This document shows positions 27,520 through 38,889 of a stretch of 64,000 nt of DNA, in pieces. Below the pieces are notes generated by a model. It worked only from the letters and a program-made list of their open reading frames with translations, did no database searches and was not told the DNA's origin. Location of the stretch: contig CP068257.2 of assembly GCA_009914755.4 (NCBI GenBank), forward strand, positions 31,328,001 through 31,392,000, in the 5' to 3' direction. Both the position numbers and the translations under genes were made by a program. The stretch comes from the human T2T-CHM13v2.0 reference genome, Homo sapiens. Each line of letters starts with the position of its first letter. Positions within the stretch are counted from its first letter, which is position 1.

Positions 27520-27885
27520 TGTATTAGTTCATTATCGTTCTGCTATAAAGGACTGCTTGAGACTGGAAAATTTATAAAGGAAAGAGGTTTAATTGACTCA
27601 CAGTTCTGCATGGCTGGGAGACCTCAGGAAACTTACAATTATGGCGGAAGGGGAAGCAAACGTGTCCTTCACATGATGGCAGGAAGGAGAAGTGCTGAGC
27701 AAAAGGGGGAAAAGCCCCTTATAAAACCATCAGATCTCATCAGAACTCACTATTATGAGAACAGGATGAGGGTAACCACCCAGTGATTCAATTAATTCCC
27801 ACCGGGTCTGTCTCATAACACGTGGGGATTAAGGGAAGTACAATTCAAGATGATATTTGGGTGGGGACACAGCTAAACCATATCA
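27520..27885 (-). mobile_element. THE1-type ERVL-MaLR solo LTR, minus orientation
   Basis: 'tgtattagttcattatcgttctgctataaaggactgcttgagactggaaaatttataaaggaaagaggtttaattgactcacagttctgcatggctgggagacctcaggaaacttacaattatggcggaagg...cagtgattcaattaattcccaccgggtctgtctcataacacgtggggattaagggaagtacaattcaagatgatatttgggtggggacacagctaaaccatatca' = reverse complement of the THE1 LTR consensus end-to-end. Confidence 0.9.
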
Positions 27886-28049
27886 CTGGGTTTCTAAACG
27901 AGCCGCCAAATGTAATTCTCAGAGTCTTCACTTCAAAGACAAGGTCATTAAGACATGTGCTTTTGGCACCTCGTTCCTGCCTCTGGTGCATGACACACAA
28001 TTGGTTTTTTGCTCTTTTTACTCATTTCTCCTCATCGAATCCTCCCTAT

Positions 28050-28400
28050 CTTAGCTCAGGCTGCTATAACAAAGTATCATGACTGATGACTTATAAACAA
28101 GAGATATTTATTTCTCACAGTTCTGGAGGCTGGTAGCCTGACATCAGGGTGCCAGCATGATCGAGTTATGGGGAGGACCCTCTTCCGAGTTGCAGACTTA
28201 ACTTCTTGCTGTATCCTCACATAGTGGAAAGTGAGTGAGAGAGCTCCTGGGGTCCCTTTTAAAAGGGCACTAATCCCATTCACGAGGGCTCCACCCTCAC
28301 GACCTCATCACCTCCTAAAGGCCCCACCTCCTAATATCATCCCACTGGGCATTAGATTTCAACATATGGATTTTCGGGGTACATAAGCATTCAGTCTATA
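28050..28400 (-). mobile_element. MLT1-like (older ERVL-MaLR) solo LTR, minus orientation
   Basis: 'ggctgctataacaaagtatcatgactgatgacttataaacaagagatatttatttctcacagttctggaggctggtagcc..tataa..gggcactaatcccattcacgagggctccaccctcacgacctcatcacctcctaaaggccccacctcctaatatcatcccactgggcattagatttcaacatatggattttcgggg' = rc of the MLT1/MST-type LTR pattern ('ccccaaaattcatatgttgaa...ctccagaactgtgagaaataaat...gttatagcagcc'). Confidence 0.7.
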
Positions 28401-28559
28401 TCACTCCTCCCATTTTTAATAATAATATTGGAGATATTGATTCACTGTCTCTTGACATCCATTCCTGCAAATGTGACATCTGTTCTCAGTTTAAGTTTTA
28501 TTTATATTTGTCTTCTTTCTAAAATCTCATAAGACTGTTCTATCTTTGCATTTCATTAC

Positions 28560-28850
28560 ATCATGACTAAGTGAAGGTTCGTTTGTCGTGGTGCAGCATT
28601 GATTGTATACACAGTAGCAGGGAACTTACTTTAATTCTGTGTCTTTCTTTAATTCTAAAAGTTCTCACCTGAGTTTTCCACGTATCTCCATCTGAAACAC
28701 TTATGAGGTGTGTGTTGGAGCCTCTCAACCAGTTTTCTAAGTCGCTTAACTGTTCTTGCATATTTTTTATTCTCTTTATCTTTCTGAGATGCATTCTGGG
28801 TGAATTCTTGAGCATCGTTAACTAATTCCCTTCTCAGCTGCATCAAGTAT
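28560..28850 (-). mobile_element. possible ancient LINE ORF1-like remnant (low confidence)
   Basis: overlapping minus ORFs (28567-28815, 28655-28846) encode K/R/E-rich coiled-coil-like peptides ('LRRELVNDAQEFTQNASQKDKENKKYARTVKRLRKLVERLQ') reminiscent of L1 ORF1p; no exact family match recalled. Confidence 0.25.
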
Positions 28851-29862
28851 GGAGCTTGATTTTATGTCTTCAGTCTTGTATTTCAATAACCATATTTTTC
28901 ATTCCAAGGATTTTTTATTTTGTTCATGTTCACCTGTACTTCTTCCATTTCTGCCACTGTTTGTTTCCTAATTTCTCATCCTTCATTTCTGGGAGGACCT
29001 AAACCACATTTATTAGAAAGTCATTTTCCTATTTTGCTGTTGTTTTCATTTCTCTGGGAATTCATTCTCCAGGTGATTGATTTTTTTCAAACTTGCTGTT
29101 CTTTCTTAACATTTGCTTCCTTCATTCCTTTTGAAATCTTAGTTTGCAGAGTCATCTTAAAGGGGAGTCCCCTTTCCTTGCTTTCTGTGATACCCCCTGC
29201 TGCCATCACACACACCTCCTCATGTTCCCCAGACCAGAACCGGAGGTTACATGGCAGCTGGGGCTATGAGGATATGGAGGTTCCTGCTGGTAGCTTGGCT
29301 TAGGGCACAGCTATGAGGCCCCTCTGCCTCCTCCCACCTCCCCGGGTGCACAGTTACCTAGCGGCTATAGTCCCAGATGGTGTTGGTAGCATTCTTCAGT
29401 CTCCAGCATTCTAAAGTCTCAGTCTTTAGTTTCAAGCCTGTCCTTGGTCACCTGCCACACCTGGGACACCTATAGTCCTTCTTATCCCACAGGAGCTGAG
29501 GTTGTAACTGCCTTTCCTGTATCCAGACCCAGAGGCCAGCACACCTGTGGATTCAGCCCCACCTCCATGTTGAGTTTCTCTTGTTTCTTGCCCAAGGACA
29601 TGCTACTTACCCAATTTTGATATCAACTATGCATTTTAAGTACCATTCCTTAAGTTTTTTTCCTGTCCTATCACTTCTATATATCAGAATGAAATGGAGT
29701 TGAAGGGCCCTCAGTGCATGAAATTACAATGCTATAATCCTGGGACTTGCCATTCACTTTCACCTTGAATTTCTTTATCTCTAACTTTAATTGTCTTGTA
29801 CTTGCTGTATTGTTTCAAACCATCTTAAATCCTTCCAATAACTAGGAATGGGATACATACTG

Positions 29863-30050
29863 TGTTAGTCCCCTATGGCTGCAATAATGAAGTACCAGAA
29901 ACTAGGTGGCTTAGAACAACAGAAATCTTATCCCACAGTTCTGGAGGCCAGAGTCTGAGATTGAGGTGTCAGCAGGGCCACACTTCCTCTGAAACTGGCA
30001 GGGGAAAATGTTTCCAGGTGGACTGGTTAATCATCTCTGCTTAAGGAAAA
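29863..30050 (-). mobile_element. MLT1-like MaLR LTR fragment
   Basis: 'gctgcaataatgaagtaccagaaactaggtggcttagaacaacagaaatcttatcccacagttctggaggccagagtctgagattgaggtgtcagcagggcc' (same family motif as 28050-28400); truncated. Confidence 0.5.
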
Positions 30051-30170
30051 GGAGACAGAAGCCCCCAGGGGTGTGATCTTCCTAAGGTGACATAGCAGGT
30101 CATTTGCAAAATGGGGATGGGGTAACATTAAGTGAAAAGAGTAAAATTATCAAGTGAAAAAAAGTATACT

Positions 30171-30544
<374 letters not shown>

Positions 30545-31539
30545 TTAATTACTTAAGGCAACCCATCTATGTATCTATATCTATAAACATACAGGTAGAA
30601 GTTTCATGCATATGATATCGTATGATATATGTCTATATCCAGCTACCTATCTGTATATATATTTAGCTAGACAGTATGACAAATGTCAAACCTAAGATGA
30701 ATCCACAGCTATTCAAAACAGCAGCCTTGTTTAAAATATGGGAGAAATAAAACCACCCACAAAGTTTAATTAGTGAATTTCCTTACCAGTCCGGCTTCTC
30801 TAGCAAGCAGTAAGTTCAAAATCCCTAACTATTTCCCTGCAATCCTTCATTGCTCACCCAGTGGGGCAGAAGGCAGATCTTGTCCAAGACAGCCATGAAC
30901 ACATTACACGATTCACCGGGAGACTCCTCCAGCACCTTGACCTGCAAATTTCCAAAGGAGCTGCTCCGCTGTCAGCTCTCACCTAGAGGATGCCCCAGGG
31001 GGCAGGGCACAGCACCACATCTTTGCTCTCTGGGGTTCACTTGTCCAGGGCTTGGAGCCTGCAGGGAAAGAGGCTGCGTATCCGGCAAACCCATCTCTCC
31101 CAAACTAGCATTTCAATCCCCCAGCCCTGCATGTCTGCCTCATGACAAAGCTATTCTATGAGCTTATATCTCTCAGGGCACGACTTGGATTTTCAGTTTT
31201 AGAGCCCTGAGTGATGGGTTGTCTCAGTTGGTCCTCAAATCTCTTTCCTTTGTGTGTTTTTTGTTGTTGTGGTGGTTGTTATTTTTTGTTTGTTTATTTT
31301 TGTTTTTGTAGCTCTAGGAAACCTCTATGATTCTACTCTGTCAAAAAGAATCTACAAAGCCCCCTCTCTTCCGTTGGGTAAAATCCAAGGACCCATTGGT
31401 ACCTGATCCATTTTGAGAAACACAAGCCCTGGGGAGATATTTGCCCAGCTGTGGGGAGCCACTCTTTGGAGCAGTTCACTGTTTGTAGGATGGTGAGGAG
31501 AGAGGAAGGGGACAGGGTGAAGTCTTAACTCATGCTCAC

Positions 31540-31880
31540 ATCCAGACAGACTTTTTTAATCGCAAGTAGCATCCATTCAGTTTCTCTAATCAGCTTCAAA
31601 GACCTCGTAAGGCTCCCATTACCATTGTGTGGCTGGTAATTCTGTGTCACAACTAATTACTGCCTAATAGCTGTCACAGATGCAGAGTCTCCAGTTTAAA
31701 AGCCAAGTCGATTTCTTCCTGCATTCAGACCTCGTCTGCCCCTGAGTGGTGCAGATTACATGAGGTAATACGGCAGTTATTTCTACCTGCTGCAGTTCAT
31801 CAGCTCCATCTCCAGCTGAGGTAGCCGCCCGTCCCCCTTGGACAAAGATTATTTGTCATTAAAATGCTCAGGCTCGCTCA
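31540..31880. promoter_or_regulatory. repeat-free block dense in homeodomain (TAAT) and TALE (TGACAG) motifs, CpGs retained: candidate developmental enhancer
   Basis: 'ggctggtaattctgtgtcacaactaattactgcctaatagctgtcacagatgc' (two TAAT cores plus ctgtca/tgtcac MEIS/PBX-like sites); ~8 CpG in 340 bp at ~47% GC (obs/exp ~0.4, by eye, above the ~0.2 genome background). Confidence 0.35.
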
Positions 31881-32184
31881 CACTCTCTTTTTTCAATCTG
31901 GATGTTGCCTACACTTTGAGAAAGGTTTTTGAAGAAAGATTAGCAGGATTAGGAAAGGTTCACATATGTTCAGCCTCACTCTTGGTATTCAAGACATCAC
32001 AACCCTGCACCACCCAGGAAGCACAAGAAAATGGAGCACAGGCAGAGGCCCGGGAGGGGCTGGGGGGTGAGGGGGAAGCTGTGTGGCTCCCCCACCAATA
32101 ATACAAAGCTGGAGTCAAATGCAAATCTGGGGGTGTTTTACGCTGGGGAATTCCCAGGCAGTTTCCTAGAATTTTTTAAATTAA

Positions 32185-33365
32185 TTTTTCTATTTCCATA
32201 GGTTATTGGGGAACAGGTGGTGTTTGGTTACATGAGTAAGTTCTTTAGCGGTGATTTGTGAGATTTTGGTGCACCTGTCACCCGAGCAGTGTACACTGTA
32301 CCCAATTTGTGATATTTTATCCCTCACCCCCTTCCCACCCTTTCCCCTTGAGTCCCCAAAGTCCATTGTGTCATTCTTATGCCTTTGCATCCTCACAGCT
32401 TAGTTCCCACTTATGAGTGAGAACATATGATGTTTGGTTTTTCCATTCCTGAGTTATTTTACTTAGAATAAGAGTCTCCAATCGCATCCAGGTCGCTGCG
32501 AAGGCCATTAATTCATTTCTTTTTATGCCTAACTAGTTTTCCATCATATATGTCACAGTTTCTTTATCCAGTCATTGATTGGTGGGCATTTGGGTTGGTT
32601 CCATGATTTTGCAATTGTGAATTGTGCAGCCATAAACATGCGTGTGCAAGTATCTTTTTTTGTATAATGACTTCTTTTTCTCTGGGTAGATATCCAGTAG
32701 TGGGCTTACTGGGTCAAATGGTAGATCTACTTTTAGTTCTTTAAGAAAACTCCACACTGTTTTCCATAGTGGTTGTACTAGTTTACATTCCCACCAGCAG
32801 TGTAGAAGTGTTCCCTTTTCACCGCATCCACGCCAACATCTATTATTTTTTGTTTTTTTGATTATGGCCATTCTTGCAGGAGTAAGGTAGTGTTGCCTTG
32901 TGGTTTTGATTTGCATTTCCCTGATCCTTACTGATGTTGAGCATTTTTTCATATGTTTGTTGGCCATTTGTATATCTTCTAAGAATTGTCTATTCATGTC
33001 TTTAGCCCACTTTTTGATGGGATTATTTGTTTGTTTGTTTCTTGCTAACATGTTTGAGTTGGTTGTAGATTCTGGATATTAGTCCTTTGTCAGACGTATA
33101 GATTATGAAGATTTTCTCCCACTCTGTGGGTTGTCTGTTTACTCTGCTGACTGTTTTGCTGTGCAAAAGCTCTGTAGTTTAATTAAATCCCAGCTATTTA
33201 TTTTTGTTTTATTGCATTTTCTTTGGGGTTCTTGGTCATGAAATCCTTGCCTAAGCCAATGTCTAGAAGAGTTTTTCCAATGTTATCTTCCAGAATTTTT
33301 AGTTTCAGGTCTTAGATCCATCTTGAGTTGATTTTTGTATAAGGTGAGAGAGGGAACTTTTGTTT
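32185..33365 (-). mobile_element. L1 (primate L1P, e.g. L1PB/older L1PA-like) 3' portion: ORF2 C-terminus + 3' UTR, 5'-truncated, minus orientation
   Basis: colinear with the rc of L1 ('ggttattggggaacaggtggtgtttggttacatgagtaagttctttag.ggtgatttgtgagattttggtgcacc..tcacccgagcagt.tacactg.acccaatttgt'); encodes the ORF2p C-terminal peptide. Confidence 0.95.
32572..33051 (-). pseudogene. L1 ORF2p C-terminal fragment (159 aa open, retroelement-derived, not a host gene)
   Basis: translation '[84 protein letters not shown]...PFDP..PLL.IYP' matches the human L1 ORF2p C-terminus. Confidence 0.9.
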
Positions 33366-33676
33366 TTAGCGCTGTTTTCTTTTCTCTTCCTGTGTGATTA
33401 TTTGTCTCCTTTTGAGAGCCTGACCAGCAAAGGAGAAGGGAGGTGTCAGAGGCAGGACTCAACAACTTGGCCTTGAGGCAGGTTCTAAGAGCCATGCCCC
33501 ACCCAACAGCTGACCCTTGGCAGTCCTTCTGTCTACTTTTTCTTGCCTTAGCTACCTTCTCAAGGGCACCAAATGAAGGAAGGGTCATGGCTCCCAGGTC
33601 CTGTGAGAAAAACCTGTTCCCAAGTTGGAATATTTCATTGAGTTAAACTTCTAACCAATCTGCACTGATCACTGGG

Positions 33677-34027
33677 TGTCTTAGTCCATTCGGGCTGCTC
33701 TAACAAAATATCTTAGACTAGGTAATTTATAAATAATAGAAATTTATGTCTCACAGTTCTGGAGGCTGGAAAGTTTAAGATCAAGGTGCCAGCAGATTTT
33801 GTGTCTGGTGAAGCCTCCATCTCTGCTCCACAGAGGGCACCTTTTCCTGTGTCCTCAGACAGTAGAAGGGCAAAAAGGAACTAACAGACTCCCTCAAACC
33901 CTTTTATAAGAACACTAATCCCATCCATGAAGGTGGAGCCCTCATGACATAAACCACCTCTTAAAGGCCCCATCGCCTAATACTATGGCAGTGGGGATTA
34001 GGTTTCAACATGAATTTAAGGAGGGAG
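33677..34027 (-). mobile_element. MLT1-like ERVL-MaLR solo LTR, minus orientation
   Basis: 'tgtcttagtccattcgggctgctctaacaaaatatcttagactaggtaatttataaataatagaaatttatgtctcacagttctggaggctggaaagtttaagatcaaggtgccagcag...tataagaacactaatcccatccatgaaggtggagccctcatgacataaaccacctcttaaaggccccatcgcctaatactatggcagtggggattaggtttcaacatgaatttaagg'. Confidence 0.75.
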
Positions 34028-34049
34028 GCAAACACTCAAACTGTAGCAC

Positions 34050-35570
34050 TGAGTACCAAGAAGAATTAAAAAGGGGAAAAGAAATGGCTAGGTAGTCTTA
34101 GAATCTTCCCAAATCTCCCTGTAAAATAGAAAGAGCAACTAGAATAGCAAAGCGAAAAGAGCCATGGACAGTATCCACAACAGAGCTGGTAGTGAGGTAA
34201 TCCTCCCAGACACCAAATACTAACAGGTCTGGGCAAAGCATTTACAGTTCAAGAACTGTGTGGTGGCAGCATTAGTGCCGGAAGAAGACACGTGATAAAA
34301 ACTGTGGTTCTGAAGATACTGAGAGCTTGAGAATCACACAATCACCTGCAGGTATTCACCAGAGGGCACAGCAAGACCATCTGAGTACAGCAACCAAAAC
34401 CAGGAGAGCTATCTGAAAACCCAATGCATGGCTAAGTGCAAGAGGACTGTGATACAATAAGGTCTGATGGTGTCGGGGTGATTTGAGCTCCATATGCCCT
34501 CAAAGTGAACAGAGTCTCTTCCAATACAAAGCCTTGCACTGATGAGTATCTGGGCAGATCAATACAGGCAAGGAAAAAAGATCCAGATAAATGGGATGGG
34601 GGTGGGCAGAGCAGAAGAGGCAGCTCTCAAAACCTTTGGAGATTTTTGTTTTATTTCCTTGCGAAAGGAACAGGAGAGGGAGCTCTAGAGCCTTTGAACT
34701 GGAAAGGTTGCCCCAGCATACCCTTCACTCCTAAAAGTATAGGAAAATTCATTTCATTTAGAAAATAAACAACAGAAAAGCATTGTGGTAAAAACTTATA
34801 AAAAGTTAAGAAGGAAAAAATGAAAAGAAAGAGCAGAAAAAATTCCTACAAAACGATGAAAGCGTGTCCAAAAGGAATGCCCACAAAACATTTCAAATAT
34901 TATGAAACAAGTTAAAGAAAATTAAGAAAATGATAGAAGCTATGAAAGAATAACATACCTCAGAATTAGAAAAAAAGCTCAGAAATAAGGTGACTGGAGA
35001 AAAAAAATGCTTGAAAAGAGGGATGGCACAGTTTAGAAAATAACTAGAAATATAAAAAGAAAGGTCTGGAGAAAGACACTGATGTAAGAAATCATAGAAA
35101 TACAAAGGACAGAAGAGCATGTTAAATGACACTGTGGGACGCAATGAATTCCGGACTGTGGAAAATTCTAAGTCAAATGGCTCCGTTTTTTCAACAACAA
35201 AAATGGAGGGGTTAAAAAGAAAGAAAGAAGAGGAAATGTATAAAGAAAAGAGATTTATAAGTCATTTCAAGCAAATGCAAAGTAGGAATCTTATTTCAGT
35301 TCTGGTTCAAACAATCAATTTTTTAAAATATAAAGCAACCAGGAAAATATAAACATGACAATATTTAATAATATTAAGGGATTAATATTTTTAAGTATAA
35401 TAAAAATATTGTGATTTTTTAAAAATAATGATTATCTATTAGAGATGCATACTGAAACGTTTATAAATAACAGTACTTAATGTCTGGGCTCACTACAAAT
35501 TATCCAGGAACAGTGGGAACAGAGGCAGATATAGAAGAACAAGATTATCCTGTATTGATATATATCAAAG
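34050..35570 (+). mobile_element. A/G-rich ancient LINE-like (L1M 5'/ORF1-region-like) sequence, low confidence
   Basis: long AAG/GAA-rich stretch with L1-ORF1-like phrases ('aaatacaaaggacagaagagcatgttaaatgacactgtgggacgcaatgaattccggactgtggaaaattctaagtc'); no intact ORF. Confidence 0.35.
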
Positions 35571-36455
35571 CTGATTGATGAGTACTTGATTGTTCTTTGT
35601 ATTATACTCTCTACTTTTGACTGTCTGAATATTACTGTAATTCAAAGCTTAATGAACAAACAAATAATAAGGGAAGTCTTAGAGCTTGGCATCCACCAGG
35701 AAGGAATACCTTTTGCTTCTTTCCTGAGAGGGCTGTGCTACCTGGAGAGGGTTTCAATAGATGCAGACATACATTGTAACCCATCCCCTTCAGCCCTTCT
35801 TCCCATTCAAGTGTTCCAGTATATTTGTCCCTAAACTGAACTAGATGTGTTACTCTGTCACTTGCTAGAATATAAGATCTATGAAGGCAAGAATTTGTCA
35901 ATTGTGTTACCATTGTATCCCCAGGACCCAGAATAGTGCCTGGCACGTAATAGGCCTTCTGTAAATATTTGCTGTTTAATTGAGTGAATCGTCATGACTG
36001 ATCCCAGGACATAATCCCAGGCTGTAACTACCACTGTGTGTTTTTTCTTGGAGAGAAGAGGGAGAATTCTTTACTTTGTAGACCTAAGCTTGGGTTACCT
36101 GCAGAAGTGGCCTCTAAAATGTGAGATAAACAATGTCTGACCTTGTAGCAATGGAGAACTTCAGGCAGCTGCTGAGCTGCTGAAGGTCCACAGAGTGTGA
36201 AAGGACTGAGCAATGTGACTAATGATTGCTTCCCTTTGCAAAGTATCCAGTATCCAGTATTCAGCCAATAAGCCTTACATTAGATGTAGTGTTAAATATG
36301 TTGGTAATTGATGGGAATAAATAAATGTAAATTTTATATATTATTTGTTTACATACGTGATATTACAAAATATATATTTGGCCTTCCTCCCTGTTTCCTG
36401 GCATACAACACTTAACGTCAACATCCTTGGACTCTTCAAAGTGGTGTGTCTTATT

Positions 36456-37443
36456 TGTAGGGAAAAGAAAGAGAAATCAGACTGTTACTGTGTCTATGCA
36501 GAAAAGGAAGACATAAGAAATTCCATCTTGATCTGTGCCAAGAAAATTGTTTTGCTGTTAATCTGTAACTTTAGCCCCAACCCTGTGCTCACAGAAACAT
36601 GTGCTGTATGGAATCAAGGTTTAAGGGATCTAGGGCCGTGCAGGATGTGCCTTGTTAACAATATGTTTACAGGCAGTATGCTTGGTAAAAGTCATCGCCA
36701 TTCTCCATTCTCGATTAACCAGGGGCACAATGCACTGCGGAAAGCCACAGGGACCTCTGCCCAAGAAAGCTTGGGTATTCTCCAAGGTTTCCCCCCATTG
36801 AGACAGCCTGAGATACGGCCTCGTGGGAAGGGAAAGACCTGACCGTCTCCCAGCCCGACACCCGTAAAGGGTCTGTGCTGAGGAGGATTAGTAAAAGAGG
36901 AAGGCCTCTTGCAGTTGAGTTAAGAGGAAGGCCTCCATCTCCTGCATGTCGCTGGGAATGGAATGTCTCGGTGTAAAACCCAATCATACATTCGTTCTAT
37001 TCTGAGATAGAAGAAAACTGCCCTGTGGCTGAAGGCGAGATATGCTGGCGGCAATGCTGCTCTGTTACGCTTTGCTACACTGAGATGTTTGGGTGGAGAG
37101 AAGCATAAATCTGGCCTACGTGCACATCCAGGCATAGTGCCTTCCCTTGAACTTATTTATGACACAGATTCTTTTGCTCACAAGTTTTCCTGCTGACCTT
37201 CTCCCCATTATCACCCTGTTCTCCTGCCGCATTCCTCTTGCCGAGATAGTGAAAACAGTAATCAATAAGTACTGAGGGAACTCAGAGACCGGTGCCGGTG
37301 TGGGTCCTCCATATGCTGAGCGCTGGTTCCCTGGGCCCACTGTTTTTTCTCTATACTTTGTCTCTGTGTCTTATTTCTTTTCTCAGTCTCTTGTCCCACC
37401 TGATGAGAAATACCCACAGGTGTGGAGGGGCTGGCCCCCTTCA
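36456..37443 (+). mobile_element. HERV-K (HML-2) solo LTR, LTR5A/LTR5B-like (diverged from LTR5_Hs)
   Basis: starts 'tgtagggaaaagaaagagaaatcagactgttactgtgtctatgcagaaaag' and ends '...cacaggtgtggaggggctggccccct'. Internal blocks 'gtgcaggatgtgc..ttgttaa', 'aactgcggaa.gcc.cagggacctctgcc', 'ggcctcgtgggaagggaaagacctgaccgtc.cccagcccgacacccgtaaagggtctgtgctgaggaggattagtaaaagaggaagg', 'aatggaatgtctcggt.taaaaccc', 'ctccatatgctga.cgctggttcc' are colinear with the LTR5 consensus. No downstream Lys-tRNA PBS, so solo LTR. Confidence 0.85.
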
Positions 37444-37765
37444 TTGTTGAAGCTAATGAGTTGACTGGTAGCTGGGGGCCTATAGGTAGCTTCAGGAAGG
37501 TGGCTGCTCACTAAAAAGATCAATTCAGGATTAGAGTTGGGACTTTCAGCCCAAGCTCCAACCCCTGAGGAAGAGAGAGGGGTTGAAGGTTAAGTTGATT
37601 GCCAATGACCAGTGATTTATCCAATCATGCCTACACACTGAATCTTCCATAAAAACCTCCAAAGGAATGAGTTTGGAGAGCTTCCCAATAGCTGAACAGG
37701 TTGCAGTTCCTCGAGGGTGGAGCACCCGGGGAGGGCATGAAAGTACCATGTCCCTTCACCCATAC

Positions 37766-38176
37766 TGTCATGGTTTGGCTGTGTCCCCACCCAAATCTCA
37801 TCTCGTATCAAGGCCTAATCCTTCAATAAGAGAAATCACTGGTTGATTGTCTCCCACAATTCCCACCTGTCATGGGAGGGACCCAGTGGGAGGTAATTGA
37901 ATCATGGGGGTGAATCTTTCCTATGTTGTTGTCGTGATAGGGAGTAAGTCTCATGAGATCTGATGATTTTATAAAAAGGAGTTCCCCTGCACAAGTTCTC
38001 TTTCATTGACTGCTGCCATCCACATAAGCTGTGACTTGCTCCTTCTTGCCTTCTGCCATGATTGTGAGGCCTTCCCAGCCATGTGGAACTGTGAGTCCAT
38101 TAAATCTCTTTCCTTTATAAATTACCCAGCCTTGGATATGTCTTTATTAGCAATGTGAGAACAGACTAATACACAT
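37766..38176 (+). mobile_element. THE1/MST-type ERVL-MaLR solo LTR, plus orientation, with ~50-bp variant segment near the 5' end
   Basis: 'tgtcatggtttggctgtgtccccacccaaatctcatct[cgtatcaaggcctaatccttcaataagagaaatcactggttgattgtct]cccacaattcccacctgtcatgggagggacccagtgggaggtaattgaatcatggggg...ccatgattgtgaggccttcccagccatgtggaactgtgagtccattaaatctctttcctttataaattacccagccttggatatgtctttattagcaatgtgagaacagactaatacac'. Confidence 0.85.
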
Positions 38177-38889
38177 GCCTTGTCCTGTGCCTCTCTTCAT
38201 CTATATCCTTTGTAATTCTTTTGTAATGTCCTTTAGAATAAACCAGTAAAGTAAGTGTTTCCCTGAGTTCTGTGAGCCACTCTAGCAAATTAATCAAATT
38301 CAAGGAAGGGTTTTGGGAACCCCCAATTTACAGCCAATTGTCAGAGGCACAAGTAAACAACTTGAGGCTTGGAATTGTCATTGGAAGTGGGGAGCAGTCA
38401 TGTGGGGCTGAATGCTCAATCTGTAGGATCTGATACTATTTCCAGGCAGATAGTATCAGAATTGAACTGAGTTCCAGGATGACACTCAGCTGATATCTGC
38501 AACAGAATTGATTGCTTGCTTCATGTGTGGGGAGATACTCCCACATATTTGGTTACAGAGAGACCAGAAGAAAAAGTTTATTTTTCTCTACAGAACGTCA
38601 TTATTTGGTTGGTTGGTTTGCTTCATCAATGAGGATGCTTAAAAACTAAGTGTAGCCCTTGCACCATTTTAGTTGAGAAAGAGTATGTTACAACGGAAAA
38701 TGTAAAATTTTTCAAAATAGACAGACTTTAGTTCAAATCCTGGCCCTGAAAGTTAGCTGTTAATGTTGTAGAATGTTTATTAATCATTTTGTGCTCCAAT
38801 TTTCTTAATAATAAAATAGGACTGTTAATATTCTCTACAGACTAATATCCCTCCTGAATATAGACATAAAAATTTAAATTCAATAATAT

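Noticed and set aside
32572-33051. 159-aa ORF with a clear protein match
   Set aside because: Not a host gene: it is the C-terminal end of L1 ORF2p within a 5'-truncated L1P element. Reported as a retroelement pseudogene fragment only.
36345-36842. 165-aa plus-strand ORF
   Set aside because: Lies across the 5' half of the HERV-K LTR5 solo LTR, which is non-coding. The peptide has no retroviral or cellular similarity.
38176-38650. Possible LTR-like repeat immediately after the THE1 LTR ('aaccagtaaagtaagtgtttccctgagttctgtgagccactctagcaaattaatcaaattcaaggaagggttttgggaacccccaatttacagccaa...')
   Set aside because: It reads like an LTR/MER-type element but I cannot name the family from memory. Omitted from the feature list rather than guessed.
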